64,000 nt of DNA from an uncultured virus (IMG/VR IMGVR_UViG_3300032220_001168) (IMGVR_UViG_3300032220_001168); one strand, 5' to 3'; numbered from the stretch's first letter, positions 43,507 through 54,564 are shown. Made by a program: numbers and translations. Notes: a model not told the origin generated them from the sequence alone.

Positions 43507-44547
43507 ATGGACCTTGAAGACGACATTGGCGCTATTGGATCACTTGACTACACGGTCGACGGTCCGTCTCAGCCAACTGTAACGGCAAGAGTTATCGACA
43601 GCACTGTCACTCTTACGTGGACAGATGTGGCTACAGTTTTCGCCATTAGTTATTTTGAAATTAGACGTGGATCTACGTGGGAGGCTGGTGTTGTTGTTGG
43701 TCAAAAGCAAGGTTCGTTTACGACTATTACGGAGTACGCGGAGGGTGAGTACACCTACTGGGTTGCAGGGGTTGACTCAAGTGGGTCTTATGGACTGCCG
43801 AGTTCGGTTACCGTTGAAGTTGGGTCGCCTCCAGACTTTACCAGTCAATTCAATGAAAATTCTACTTTTAGCGGAACAAAGGTAAATGCACTAATCGAGG
43901 ACGGTGCGCTGCTTGTCAATCTGAACCTAACTGAAACATGGGCCACGCATTTTACCTCCCGCAGTTGGACCACGATCCAGGACCAAATCAATGCAGGCTA
44001 TGCCTATTATGCACTGCCGTCTACCACCACCGCAAGTTACGAAGAGATAATTGACTATGGTTCTATTATTACGGGTTCTAAAATTTCCACAACGCTGACG
44101 CACACACATGTGGTCGGTAATACAATAATAACGCCAACTATAAGCGTTAAAACCGCCAGCGGAGATGCGTGGACCAACTACACAAATACGAGTAGCATTT
44201 TTGCATTAAATTTTAGATACGTCAAGATTCTTTATGACTTTAGTTCGTCTGGGAATAATGATTTACTTCTTGCCACCGGCTTAAATATTCGATTTGACAC
44301 CAAATTAATCACTGACAGCGGTTCAGCGAGTGCAGTAAGCACGGATTCCGGGGGAACGCTAATTTCTTTCAATAAATCTTTCACCCGAGTCACATCCATT
44401 CTTGCGACAGTTAATTCTACATCGGCCAGATTTGCAACTTGCAATTTTACGGACGCAGCAAATCCTGCATCCTTCAGGGTTTTGGTTTTTGCTGATGACG
44501 GGACAAGGCAAAGCAACACTGTTTATTGGCAGGCGCGTGGAGTCTAG
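43507..44547 (+). CDS. FN3-containing tail protein (J C-terminal-like)
   Basis: YFEIRRG..W...YTYWVAGVD; ends YWQARG. Confidence 0.7.
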   Translation: MDLEDDIGAIGSLDYTVDGPSQPTVTARVIDSTVTLTWTDVATVFAISYFEIRRGSTWEAGVVVGQKQGSFTTITEYAEGEYTYWVAGVDSSGSYGLPSSVTVEVGSPPDFTSQFNENSTFSGTKVNALIEDGALLVNLNLTETWATHFTSRSWTTIQDQINAGYAYYALPSTTTASYEEIIDYGSIITGSKISTTLTHTHVVGNTIITPTISVKTASGDAWTNYTNTSSIFALNFRYVKILYDFSSSGNNDLLLATGLNIRFDTKLITDSGSASAVSTDSGGTLISFNKSFTRVTSILATVNSTSARFATCNFTDAANPASFRVLVFADDGTRQSNTVYWQARGV

Positions 44548-44582
44548 TAGGATATGTGCAGCGCTAATTTGGTAAGCATCTA

Positions 44583-46313
44583 ATGGCAAACTGGTCTAAC
44601 CCCACAACGAGCAGCCTCTATACCGATGTCCTGGCACAACTAAAAGGCAGGGACACAGATGCGGCATTGATGTTCGATGGCACTGGCAGTACAAATGTTC
44701 CCAGTGGCGCGGTTGCATGGAGTAGTTCCATTAATCGCTGGCAGCGATACAACGGAACCAGCTATCAAGAGCTGACTTCAGTTTACGCCTTGACCGGCCT
44801 AAGCACTGTGGGGAATGCTGCAATTGGCGGCACTCTTAATGTGACCGGTCAAACCTCCCTTGCAACTGCTACGGCCACCACGCCTTCGACGGCTGACGAT
44901 AATACAAACATTGCTACCACAGCATTCGTAAAAGCACAAGCATACTCCCCCATTGCGTCTCCCACCTTCACTGGAACGGTTACGATTCCTGCTGGAGCGT
45001 CCATCACTGGATACCTTACAACCACCTCTGCTGGCGCCACATACGCTCCTCTTGGCGGAGCTGGCACCAGCGGCACCTGGGGAATCAGTATCACTGGTTC
45101 AGCGGCCACTCTTTCCACTGGAAGAACAATTAGTTTGACGGGCGATGCCACAGGTACTTCTGGATCTTTCAATGGCAGTGCCAATATCAGTCTTAGTACA
45201 ACATTGGCCAATACGGCAGTAGTGCCTGGAAGCTATACCAATGCAAGTATTACGGTCGATTCAAAAGGGCGTCTTACAGCGGCGTCTAGCGGTGCTGGTG
45301 TGGCGGGTGATGTTGTCTTGGCAAGCAACAATGCCTTTACTGGCGCCAATGTTTTTACCAATGTAACGGGGCAAAGATTTCGCAATGCCTCAGCCGAAGA
45401 TGAAATTTTAATTGCAGGTCGCGCTGGTGGCGTTGGAAGTTATTCTGTCAAGATTACGCCTGGAACATTAACAACAAATCAAATTGCAACCTTCCCAAAT
45501 CAAACGGGAACAGTGTTGATTAGCGGCAATGCCAGCATTGTTAACGCAGACGTTTCGGCAAGTGCGGCAATTGCTGGCACCAAGATTGACCCAGCGTTCG
45601 GCGCTCAAACAGTTTCTTCCACCACTTTAATCAGTATCCCGGATGGCAGTGCTACCAACCCTGGCCTTGCATTTACTAGTGCCACTGGAATTGGCCTGTA
45701 CAACACTGGCAGCGGCTTAGGCATTGCTACAGGTGGCGCCGAAAAGGCAAGAGTTTCTTCCACGGGTTATTTAACTGGAAGAGTGAATGGCAATGCTTTT
45801 GCTGTATATCCCGCCTACCAGTATTACCGCTTAAATTCGACCCGGCAACTTAGTTCGACGGTCACCACGCCTCAATCAATCCTTGGGGTGGGGGTATCTG
45901 TGCAGGGCGCAACAGTGTACGAGTTTGAACTATTATTTACGATAAGAAAAACTAGTAATACTTTCACTCATAATGTTTCCGTATTGTATGGGCTTACGGG
46001 TGGCGGAGTGCAAACCATGACCGGCCAATCATTAGCTTCACTCAGTTCGACAACGTCCGATATCGGGACCGTCACGGTGGGATATCGTGACTCGGAAGTG
46101 GCAAAAATTGTCGGCAGTGGACTTTCAACAACAAACCAATGGGTCCATGTTCAGGAGCGAGGCACGGTTCATGTCAGCACGAACACCATACTGACCCCAC
46201 AAGTGCAATTAAGCGCTACTGGCTCCATATATACAGTCCAAGTTGGCTCATCGTTTAGAATTTGGCCAATTGCTGCTAGCGGTGGCAACACTTCCATTGG
46301 TACTTGGTCATGA
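44583..46313 (+). CDS. tail fibre protein
   Basis: IATTAFV, SPTFTG, ITVDSKGRLTAASSG. Confidence 0.8.
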   Translation: MANWSNPTTSSLYTDVLAQLKGRDTDAALMFDGTGSTNVPSGAVAWSSSINRWQRYNGTSYQELTSVYALTGLSTVGNAAIGGTLNVTGQTSLATATATTPSTADDNTNIATTAFVKAQAYSPIASPTFTGTVTIPAGASITGYLTTTSAGATYAPLGGAGTSGTWGISITGSAATLSTGRTISLTGDATGTSGSFNGSANISLSTTLANTAVVPGSYTNASITVDSKGRLTAASSGAGVAGDVVLASNNAFTGANVFTNVTGQRFRNASAEDEILIAGRAGGVGSYSVKITPGTLTTNQIATFPNQTGTVLISGNASIVNADVSASAAIAGTKIDPAFGAQTVSSTTLISIPDGSATNPGLAFTSATGIGLYNTGSGLGIATGGAEKARVSSTGYLTGRVNGNAFAVYPAYQYYRLNSTRQLSSTVTTPQSILGVGVSVQGATVYEFELLFTIRKTSNTFTHNVSVLYGLTGGGVQTMTGQSLASLSSTTSDIGTVTVGYRDSEVAKIVGSGLSTTNQWVHVQERGTVHVSTNTILTPQVQLSATGSIYTVQVGSSFRIWPIAASGGNTSIGTWS

Positions 46314-46624
46314 ACGTAGACGATATTGTTCTTGAGTGGATCATTACGAACCTTGTTCGGCATTCAGAGAATGACATGATTTTCTCTATTGAATGGAAGT
46401 TGAACGCAACTCTAGGCCTTTATGCCACTTCGGCGGAAGGCACCATTGGACTAAAAGCTTCAGAGCATCCTATTCCATTTATTGACTTAACTCGCGAACT
46501 TGTCATCGAATGGCTACTGGCCGCGCTTGGCGAAGAGCAGCAGAATGCCATTGAGCAGGGCTTAATTAATACGATTTACGACAATTATCTGGCTCCGTCA
46601 ACTCACGACGGCATGCCATGGTAG
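46310..46624 (+). CDS. tail-fibre-associated small protein
   Basis: FIDLT.E.V.EW...G.PW. Confidence 0.65.
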   Translation: MNVDDIVLEWIITNLVRHSENDMIFSIEWKLNATLGLYATSAEGTIGLKASEHPIPFIDLTRELVIEWLLAALGEEQQNAIEQGLINTIYDNYLAPSTHDGMPW

Positions 46625-46684
46625 GCAAGCAGGCGACACCTGCGGGAATATGCAGTAAACTGAGCAAGTTGTTTTTCAATCAAA

Positions 46685-46828
46685 ATGGCAGTAAAAAGCA
46701 AAGGTGGCAGTGCAGCTCTCAAGCGTTCGCATCAGCCAGGCCCTCCAAAGCTAACCAAGCAGGGCAATGGGAAGCGCAGCAAGCCTAGCCATGGCAGGAA
46801 GCTCCTCAAGGGCCAAGGAAAGTCTTGA
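46685..46828 (+). CDS. 47 aa highly basic protein (below ORF-track cutoff)
   Basis: MAVKSKGG...KLTKQGNG...KGQGKS. Confidence 0.65.
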   Translation: MAVKSKGGSAALKRSHQPGPPKLTKQGNGKRSKPSHGRKLLKGQGKS

Positions 46829-46877
46829 CAATGGCAAGAGGACAGGCTAGTTTCTGGCTGGTCTTTTCTTTTGCCTC

Positions 46878-47153
46878 GTGGCTGCCGACATTAATTGTTA
46901 TTCCTTTTCCCATCGTTTTTCATCTACACAGGACATTCCTGGGTATTGTGGTTACGAGGAAATTACGCATCAATGCCAGTTGGCTGATGCTCCGGCGCTA
47001 GTGCGTTCTTTTGCTCATTTCCTCACTGGTTGCGGCTTCGCTCCATCGTCTGTTTACAGCGCCATGGAAACCGTTGGAACGGAGTATAATGAAGCATATA
47101 TAGGCAGGGATAATTTCGATGGGTCAAATCAGCAGGCAGGGCGAACAGTTTGA
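46878..47153 (+). CDS. hypothetical protein
   Basis: F..FL.GCGF. Confidence 0.6.
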   Translation: MAADINCYSFSHRFSSTQDIPGYCGYEEITHQCQLADAPALVRSFAHFLTGCGFAPSSVYSAMETVGTEYNEAYIGRDNFDGSNQQAGRTV

Positions 47154-48345
47154 AACCCACGTAATTGCTGACAAATATGGCAATCTTCTTGATTATGGCG
47201 CCGACAGCGGGGCAGTAGATGCATTTGGCAGGCAGCGTGTAAGCAATCCTTATACGCTGTTTGACAGCACAATGCGCTTTGACAAGCGGCTTGATCAATG
47301 GTATGAAATCACGACTGGCGGCGGCAATGTTAACTTCCTCACCAATGCAAGCACACTAGAGCTTCGGACTACCACTGCTTCTGGTGACACTGTTCTTCGT
47401 CGTACAAAGCAAAGGTTTCCGTATCAACCAGGAAAAAGCTTAGTTGCTTTGCAAAGTTTTGTTGGGGCACCATTGACTGCTGGCCTCATTCAAGAAGTTG
47501 GTTATTTTGACGATAATAATGGTGTGATGCTGCGTGCCAGTGGCACCACTCTTCAGTTTGTCGTCAGAAGTTTTGCTACTGGCAGCGTGGTGGAAACTGT
47601 AGTCAATCAATCCGAATGGAACATTGAAACTTTCCCCGCCCTTGATTTCAGTAAGGCGCAAATTTTTACTGCTGATTTTGAATGGTTGGGTGTTGGAAGA
47701 GTGCGTTGTGGCTTTGTGATTGATGGTTCCATTGTGTATTGCCACGAATTTAACCATGCAAATAGGCTCAGTAGAACATACATGCAAACGGCAATCCTCC
47801 CATTTTCATATCAAATTTTCAATAGCACTGCTCAGGCCAGTGGGGCTACTTTTCAACAAATTTGTTGCAGCTTGTTGAGCGAAGGTGGTTACGAGCCGGA
47901 TGGACCTATCTATTCCATTGATCATTCCCTGTCTAGTGTTCCGAATACCAGCGGAGAACGAGTGACGGCTGGTATTCGCATGGTCAGCGGTCGCACCGGT
48001 AATGTTATCTTGCCAGTAAAAGTTGACGTAGCCTCTGAAAGCACCAATGTTGTGGCATGGAAGCTGCGCCTTAATCCCACTCTTTCTGGCGTCACTTGGG
48101 CCCCTGCGGTCAATGGCAGGGGAAACGTTGAAACTATCACCACTGCCAGCGCCGTTAGCGGCGGAACAATCGTCAATACTGGCATCATTTCACAAGGGCA
48201 GTCTGTCAATCTCAATATTGACACGGCCATTCGTTTAGCGCTTGGCGTGAATGCCTCTGGCGTGAGCGATACCCTTGTGCTCACCGTTGACAGCGAAGTA
48301 AACTCTAAGGCCCTGGGACAATTAGGCTGGGTGGAAATAGTGTAG
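47119..48345 (+). CDS. virion structural protein, beta-sandwich
   Basis: DAFGRQRVS.P.TLFD, YQPGK, EWLGVGRVR.GF. Confidence 0.75.
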   Translation: MGQISRQGEQFETHVIADKYGNLLDYGADSGAVDAFGRQRVSNPYTLFDSTMRFDKRLDQWYEITTGGGNVNFLTNASTLELRTTTASGDTVLRRTKQRFPYQPGKSLVALQSFVGAPLTAGLIQEVGYFDDNNGVMLRASGTTLQFVVRSFATGSVVETVVNQSEWNIETFPALDFSKAQIFTADFEWLGVGRVRCGFVIDGSIVYCHEFNHANRLSRTYMQTAILPFSYQIFNSTAQASGATFQQICCSLLSEGGYEPDGPIYSIDHSLSSVPNTSGERVTAGIRMVSGRTGNVILPVKVDVASESTNVVAWKLRLNPTLSGVTWAPAVNGRGNVETITTASAVSGGTIVNTGIISQGQSVNLNIDTAIRLALGVNASGVSDTLVLTVDSEVNSKALGQLGWVEIV

Positions 48346-48354
48346 ACTGACAAA

Positions 48355-48696
48355 ATGGAACCAGCACGTTACGACATTACAATTCATCAAGGCGCCACGT
48401 TTAGCCTTGGCTTGCAATACAGGACTGGCTCTGGCGTACCAGTAAACATGAGCGGTTACACGGTGGCAGCTCAGCTATGGAACAGGAATGGCACGGCTAA
48501 GCTTGCCAATTTTTCCACTTCCTGGACAGATCAGGCCAGTGGCACTTTCAAATTAATTCTCCAAAGCAGTGTGACATCGGGCATCACGGAACAAGGGCAG
48601 TACGACGTGTTGGTGACTGAACCCGATGGAAGCAAGTCTTATTTGCTGCAAGGTACGTCTTATATTGATCTAGGACTTTCTGGGCGCGGCGTTTAA
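48355..48696 (+). CDS. virion adaptor protein (BppU N-terminal-like)
   Basis: I.QGATF...YDV......LLQG. Confidence 0.65.
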   Translation: MEPARYDITIHQGATFSLGLQYRTGSGVPVNMSGYTVAAQLWNRNGTAKLANFSTSWTDQASGTFKLILQSSVTSGITEQGQYDVLVTEPDGSKSYLLQGTSYIDLGLSGRGV

Positions 48697-48698
48697 CC

Positions 48699-49163
48699 AT
48701 GAATGATTTAGTTGTCATCAAGGAGGATGTTCAATTATTAGTTGACAATGAAGAACTTCAACTATTGGTCAGCAGTGACGATGTTCAGTTGGTTGTCACT
48801 GGTGAAAACGGCCCTCAAGGCGCGTCTGGTGCTCCAGGACCACCAAAATCCCTGACCATTGCCTACCCAGTAGCAGGAGATAACTTAACGCTGTTTTATA
48901 CGCAATCCAGTACGACCTTAGTGCAGGTGGCAGCTATCTTGCGAGGCTCAAGCAGTCCGTCTGTCACTTATAGCTTAAGGTATGCTGCCAATCGTTCCAG
49001 CGCTGGAACAGCAGCAACGGCTTCGACCGTAGTGAGCAGCACGACCACTGCTTCTACTGCCACTGTCCAGAACATGCCAATTCCTGCCAACAACTTCCTG
49101 TGGCTTGAAATTTCAAGTATTAGCGGCAATCCGACTGAACTAAGCATCACTGTTGCCGTGTAG
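48699..49163 (+). CDS. virion protein with short collagen-like stretch
   Basis: GENGPQGASGAPGP. Confidence 0.65.
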   Translation: MNDLVVIKEDVQLLVDNEELQLLVSSDDVQLVVTGENGPQGASGAPGPPKSLTIAYPVAGDNLTLFYTQSSTTLVQVAAILRGSSSPSVTYSLRYAANRSSAGTAATASTVVSSTTTASTATVQNMPIPANNFLWLEISSISGNPTELSITVAV

Positions 49164-49195
49164 TGTTAGAATCTGTCTATTAAATTCAAAGCGTC

Positions 49196-49630
49196 ATGGC
49201 CGCATTTAACAAGTTCAACCAGTTTGTCGCTGACGTAGCCTCTGGCGTCCACCAGATGCAAACTGGCACCACTCACGTTTATAAGGTGATGCTCACCAAT
49301 ACAGCGCCAAGTGCAGCTAACTCGGTAAAGGCTAATATCACTGAAATCAGCGCTGGTAACGGGTACACCGCTGGTGGTACAAGTGTTGGTACAATTACCG
49401 GCTCGCAGACATCCGGCACTTTTAAATTCGTGGGTGGCACGGATCCCGTGGTTACAGCCACTGGAGCCGTTGGCCCCTTCCAATGGGTGGTGCTTTATAA
49501 CGATACACCGACATCACCTGCCAAGCCGTTGATTGGCTACTGGGACTACGGCAGCGCCGTAACGCTAGCAACTGGTGAGACATTCACAGTTGACCTCGAC
49601 CAGGCTAATGGCATCCTGACTCTTGCTTGA
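49196..49630 (+). CDS. virion structural protein
   Basis: FNKFN.F, GNGYTAGG, LIGYWDYG. Confidence 0.7.
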   Translation: MAAFNKFNQFVADVASGVHQMQTGTTHVYKVMLTNTAPSAANSVKANITEISAGNGYTAGGTSVGTITGSQTSGTFKFVGGTDPVVTATGAVGPFQWVVLYNDTPTSPAKPLIGYWDYGSAVTLATGETFTVDLDQANGILTLA

Positions 49631-49642
49631 TAGGGGAGCCCA

Positions 49643-52090
49643 ATGGCAACCCTGTACATAGATCCCGATGGTGGTAACGACAACTACGGAGGTACTAGCT
49701 TTGCGCTGCTCGCCTCTGGCACCAATGGCCGCATTGCTAGTACGACATTTAGTAGCGTTGGTGCATCTTTCCCAAACGACGGATCTTTGATTGGTCAATA
49801 TCTCAGTATTTTTAACGGCTTTATATACGCAGTTTACAGAATTACGGCGCGGTTATCAACAACTTCGCTAACGATTACGGCTATAACTGGTGGAACAAGC
49901 TTGGCCAACCAATCCACCGACACTCTGTATTATATCGGAGGTCGGTGGGCGACTATGTTGAATGGCGCAACAGCGGCGCGAGTAGCACCTGGCGACACTG
50001 TTCGCTTTAAAGCGAGTCCTTATCCCACAAGCCTTGGAATAAATGGTAAATGGACTTCAGGTGTCGTGGAAAACACGAAGGTAATATCTGCTGCAACCGA
50101 TACCACTCCCATACAAATTACTCTTGCGGCACATGGGTACAGCACGGGAGACACTATAACTCTTGAGGGTGTTGCGGGAGCAGTTACTGCCAATGGTTTC
50201 TGGGAGATCACAGTAATTGATGCAAATACTTTTTCTCTTGATGGGAGTGTAGCTGCGGGCGTGCGAACTTCGGGAGGGATTACCCGGAGGCGCACTAACT
50301 CTGTTGTAATACTGGATACTGCTGTTACGCAAAATATTGCAAGCACTGGGCAACGCACGACAGCATGGACGGCCTCCGCAAACGTTAGCTCTGCGCTGAC
50401 AACTACGACCAGGGAACATCTCTACGGGGATGTTTTTATCATTAGTTCCGGGTTTACCACTGGCCTGGCTGCATACCGGCCCACGGGAACACTTAATCTA
50501 AGCGGGTATCAGCAGGTTTCTTTTTGGATACAGCAAACATCTGGCACCCTAGCCACTCAGGGCTCTCTTAGGCTTCAGTTGTGTTCTGACAGTCTCGGTC
50601 AAACCCCTGTGAACACTATTTCCATTCCTGCTGTGGTGGTGCTGAACCGTTGGCAGCCAGTTACTGTAGATCTTGCCACTAACCTGGGTTCAAACATAAA
50701 CAGCATTGCCCTGTTCGTCAATACTGACCTTGGGGCTCAAACTATTATTTTAAGCAATATTATTGCATGTAAGGCAGCTAGCTCCCCTGACTCACTGACT
50801 CTCAACAGCCTCATTGGCAAAAATATTACAGGCGAGACTTTTTGGAGCATTCAAAATATAAATGGACGACGAGTTGTCCTTGATTCTGACACCACGCACA
50901 CCACCTCCTCCACTAACTGGAGGGGGTATTTTGGGGCAACTGGAACCGTAACCACGTGGAAGAGAGAAGCTTTTCGGCTTACCCCTGCAGCCTCAGCCCC
51001 CACAGCAGCACTCACTATCCCAGAGGGTGGTAGTTCCATTACCTCTCGCATTATTTATATTGGCGGATGGGATCGCACAAACATGTCGACGCAAGATGGT
51101 GTTAGCTGGTTTGACGGTCAAAACGGTGCTGGCTACGGTATGTCTATGAATTTCCTTGGTTATCTCGACGTTAAACAATTTGCTTTTTCCAGATTTCAAT
51201 ATGGTTTATATATTGCTACCTGTTACAATGTAATTTACGATATAACAGCCTTAAATAATAATAATAACGGTGTGTTCAGTTTTAGCAATTGCTTTGGGCT
51301 TGATATGACGGTTGGCCACGTAGCCGGTTCTTTCCAAAATGCTATTACTTTTAACTCAGCAATCAGCAAGCTATACCTCCAGCACGCAATTGTTAGCGCA
51401 GGAGGCACCGCCTTAGACGTTAACGTTGACTCCTACTCAACCATTAGGGGTTCCGCAACGTTTGTCATGAATAATGTTCAAAGCGTTGGCGCAGTTATCA
51501 GGGCTATTGGCGGTAAGTTTTACGATTTGCAATTGCAGGGGGCCACTCAATCCATTAGTTGCAGCACCGCGGTTGAGGCCAGCCTTATGAACTGCAATCT
51601 CCCCAGTGCCACCGAAGTCAGTCTTAGTGGGGGGCAAGGTATCAGGATTGCATCTCAAGATCACGATCAAACTCCTGGAAATCATAAAATTTTTGCGAAC
51701 ATGGGGAATATTAGCTCGGCTGTTGATGAACGATATGTGGCAAGTGGTTATAGCTGGAAGCTGCAACCTCTTGATAGCCGGGCCAGTGACTTGTCCCCAC
51801 TCATACTGCCCCTGGCCAAGGTAGCTTGCGCTGCCAATAGCCTGGTAACGATAACGGCGCAAATGCGTATAAACAATGCCGCGTTAACAATGCGGTTAAT
51901 GTGCAAGGGTGGTCAGATTTCAGGGGTTACTACTGATGTATCGGCACAAGTATCAACTACTAATGCCTGGGAGCAGCAAACAATTACTTTCACTCCAACG
52001 CAAACAGGTGTAGTGGAAATTACTGCTGAGGCGTGGGGTGGCACCACCCATTCCGGCTGGGTAGACGCCCTTACCATTGCGCAAGCCTAA
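49643..52090 (+). CDS. large fibre/spike protein
   Basis: 815 aa beta-rich; LYIDP..GND N-terminus; beta-helix-like Asn/Phe region. Confidence 0.7.
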   Translation: MATLYIDPDGGNDNYGGTSFALLASGTNGRIASTTFSSVGASFPNDGSLIGQYLSIFNGFIYAVYRITARLSTTSLTITAITGGTSLANQSTDTLYYIGGRWATMLNGATAARVAPGDTVRFKASPYPTSLGINGKWTSGVVENTKVISAATDTTPIQITLAAHGYSTGDTITLEGVAGAVTANGFWEITVIDANTFSLDGSVAAGVRTSGGITRRRTNSVVILDTAVTQNIASTGQRTTAWTASANVSSALTTTTREHLYGDVFIISSGFTTGLAAYRPTGTLNLSGYQQVSFWIQQTSGTLATQGSLRLQLCSDSLGQTPVNTISIPAVVVLNRWQPVTVDLATNLGSNINSIALFVNTDLGAQTIILSNIIACKAASSPDSLTLNSLIGKNITGETFWSIQNINGRRVVLDSDTTHTTSSTNWRGYFGATGTVTTWKREAFRLTPAASAPTAALTIPEGGSSITSRIIYIGGWDRTNMSTQDGVSWFDGQNGAGYGMSMNFLGYLDVKQFAFSRFQYGLYIATCYNVIYDITALNNNNNGVFSFSNCFGLDMTVGHVAGSFQNAITFNSAISKLYLQHAIVSAGGTALDVNVDSYSTIRGSATFVMNNVQSVGAVIRAIGGKFYDLQLQGATQSISCSTAVEASLMNCNLPSATEVSLSGGQGIRIASQDHDQTPGNHKIFANMGNISSAVDERYVASGYSWKLQPLDSRASDLSPLILPLAKVACAANSLVTITAQMRINNAALTMRLMCKGGQISGVTTDVSAQVSTTNAWEQQTITFTPTQTGVVEITAEAWGGTTHSGWVDALTIAQA

Positions 52091-52092
52091 TC

Positions 52093-52287
52093 ATGACTTA
52101 TCACATTCACGCTGTTGAACAAGACATTGCTGCCAAATGGTACGCCCGTGTCTGTATCACCGAAGAGAAAGCAGTTTTGCTGAAGTTTCAAAACTATCCA
52201 ACAATGGAGGAAATTCAAGAGGCCGCTCAACAGTATGTTGCCTCATTGATGGCAACAGAGGAGGCCACAGATGCCGCTTCCGAGTGA
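52093..52287 (+). CDS. hypothetical protein
   Basis: Packed between fibre genes. Confidence 0.6.
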   Translation: MTYHIHAVEQDIAAKWYARVCITEEKAVLLKFQNYPTMEEIQEAAQQYVASLMATEEATDAASE

Positions 52288-54529
52288 CACCAATTTAGAG
52301 ACACTTGACTACGTCTATCTAGGCCAACCATTTGTCAATGTAGAAGCCAAAGCGCTTAATAGCACCACTTTAGATATTGCCTACCTTGGCGAACCTTTTG
52401 TCGCCGTTGGCCCAACAACAGCAACAACGGCTTATACAATTGCCGCAAGTGTTGGCACGTTTATATTAACTGGCAATGCAGCCAGCCTCAGTGAAAACCG
52501 AAGATTGGCTGCAGAAACAGCAATCTTCACCCTTGCTGGAAACGCTTCCAGCTTAATTTACAACCGGCGCTTAATTGCCGATAAAGGTACTTTTTCGCTA
52601 GCCGGAAACGCCGCCAATCTCAGCAGTGGCTTCAAGATAACAGCAAGTCAAGGTAATTTTACTCTGATTGGAAACGCTGCCAATCTCAACGGTAGCTTCA
52701 AGATAACAGCAAGCCAAGGCACTTTTGCTCTGGTTGGAAATGCTGCCAATCTCAACAAAGGTCGACGCCTGGCTGCGGAAGCGGGCGTCTTTACTTTTAC
52801 TGGAAGCGCGTCTAATTTAATTTACGGCAGGCGGTTAATCGCAAGCAAAGCAACTTTTGCGCTCACTGGCAACGTTGCTAACTTGAATCGCAATTATCGT
52901 TTAATTGCCGCAAGTGGTTCTTTCGCCGAGACAGGCAATGATGCTGGATTCAGGCGAGCACTTCGTTTAATTAGCGCTACCGGCAGTTTTGCGATAACAG
53001 GCATCACTGCAACACTAAGAGCCACACGTTATTTGTCTGGCGGTAGTGGGTCTTTTGTCGAGACCGGCCAAGCTGCGTCGCTGGCCAAGGGCCCGCGTTT
53101 AGTCGCTGGCGTTGGCATATTCAGTGAAACTGGCAGGGCTGCCTTCTTTATCCGCACTAGTGTTATTGGTGCAGTCACTGGCAGTTTTACTGTCAGCAGC
53201 ACTGGAGCAGGATTTAATAATCAAAAGCGTATATTTGGTGCAAATGGTTCTCTCGTCTTAACGGGAAATGCCGCTAATTTAAATTATGGCCAACGATTAA
53301 TTGCAGACAAAGCAACCTTTTCTGCTGCCGGGAGTCCAGCAAATCTAACCCGTGGCTTAAGACTTGTCGCTTCTAATGGCATCTTTGCCTTGACAGCCAA
53401 CGCTGCTGATTTCAAGCGCAATGCGATTCTTTCTGCTGCCCCAGGCACATTTTTGCTAACGGGTAATCCTGTCACTTTCAATGGACAGCGCAATATCCTC
53501 GCGGCCGCTGGTACTTTTGCCGTTACTGGCAGCGCTGCAACACTTCGCTCAACCCATCGCCTCGTTGCGGAAACTGGAGCATTTTCTGAAACAGGCAACG
53601 CTGCCGCGTTAAGAGTAGATCGAAGAGTAATTGCCGCATCTAATAATTATACGCTTGTTGGTAATACTGCCAACTTTGTTATTGCCACACCATTCCGAAC
53701 GCTTGCAGCAAATGCGGGAACATTTGCTCTTACTGGTAATGCCGCAGCACTTCTCCGAACACGTCGTATTACTGGCGAGCCTGGTACTTTCAACGAAACA
53801 GGAAACATTGCAACATTCAGAGTTAACCAAAGAGTCATTGGATCTCCCGGCGCATTCACTGTAAGTGGTGGCAATGCCACTTTCGCTATTGCCACGCCAT
53901 TCCGAACATTGACTGCAAGCGTGGGAACATTTGCTCTTGTTGGCAGAGCTGCAATACTTCTCCAAGGGCATCGCCTTGCTTGCGAGCCTGGCACTTTTAA
54001 CGAGACAGGTAGGGCTGCAACTTTCAGGGTAAATAGAAGCATTATTGCAACCACTGGCTCTTTTGCGGTTAATGGTAGCAATGCAAACCTAATCAAAAAC
54101 GTTCCATTTAGAACGCTTACCGCAGTTGCGGGAACATTTGCCCTCACCGGCAAGGCGGCTGGATTGCTTAAAGGTTGCACTTTAATTGCAAATACCAGGG
54201 TTTATGCATTAAGTGGCAATGCTGCAACCTTTAGACATACGCGAATGTTGACGACGGAAAGAGGTGTTTTCTCCGTCACCGGCAATCCATTCAACCTGCT
54301 TGCCACCCGACTTTCCGCTTCAAATGCTGGTGTTTTTGCGCTTACCGGGCAAGAAATTGGCCTAAGAAAGCAACAGCAAATCATCGCAACCGTTGGAAGT
54401 TTTACTCTTGTAGGCAATGGCGTTATGTTGCTTGGTTCTAATAAACTCCAATCCGTTGCTGGCGAATTTCTTGTGGTCGGCAGTGATGCACGCACGTTCA
54501 AAACACGTCGGCGAACTATTAATTTTTAG
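52271..54529 (+). CDS. tandem-repeat virion protein (~22 aa units)
   Basis: About 30 copies of L.A..G.F.LTGNAA.L. Confidence 0.8.
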   Translation: MPLPSDTNLETLDYVYLGQPFVNVEAKALNSTTLDIAYLGEPFVAVGPTTATTAYTIAASVGTFILTGNAASLSENRRLAAETAIFTLAGNASSLIYNRRLIADKGTFSLAGNAANLSSGFKITASQGNFTLIGNAANLNGSFKITASQGTFALVGNAANLNKGRRLAAEAGVFTFTGSASNLIYGRRLIASKATFALTGNVANLNRNYRLIAASGSFAETGNDAGFRRALRLISATGSFAITGITATLRATRYLSGGSGSFVETGQAASLAKGPRLVAGVGIFSETGRAAFFIRTSVIGAVTGSFTVSSTGAGFNNQKRIFGANGSLVLTGNAANLNYGQRLIADKATFSAAGSPANLTRGLRLVASNGIFALTANAADFKRNAILSAAPGTFLLTGNPVTFNGQRNILAAAGTFAVTGSAATLRSTHRLVAETGAFSETGNAAALRVDRRVIAASNNYTLVGNTANFVIATPFRTLAANAGTFALTGNAAALLRTRRITGEPGTFNETGNIATFRVNQRVIGSPGAFTVSGGNATFAIATPFRTLTASVGTFALVGRAAILLQGHRLACEPGTFNETGRAATFRVNRSIIATTGSFAVNGSNANLIKNVPFRTLTAVAGTFALTGKAAGLLKGCTLIANTRVYALSGNAATFRHTRMLTTERGVFSVTGNPFNLLATRLSASNAGVFALTGQEIGLRKQQQIIATVGSFTLVGNGVMLLGSNKLQSVAGEFLVVGSDARTFKTRRRTINF

Positions 54530-54564
54530 CGCATTGCGAGAGGGCGGAGGCTAACGGTGCTATA

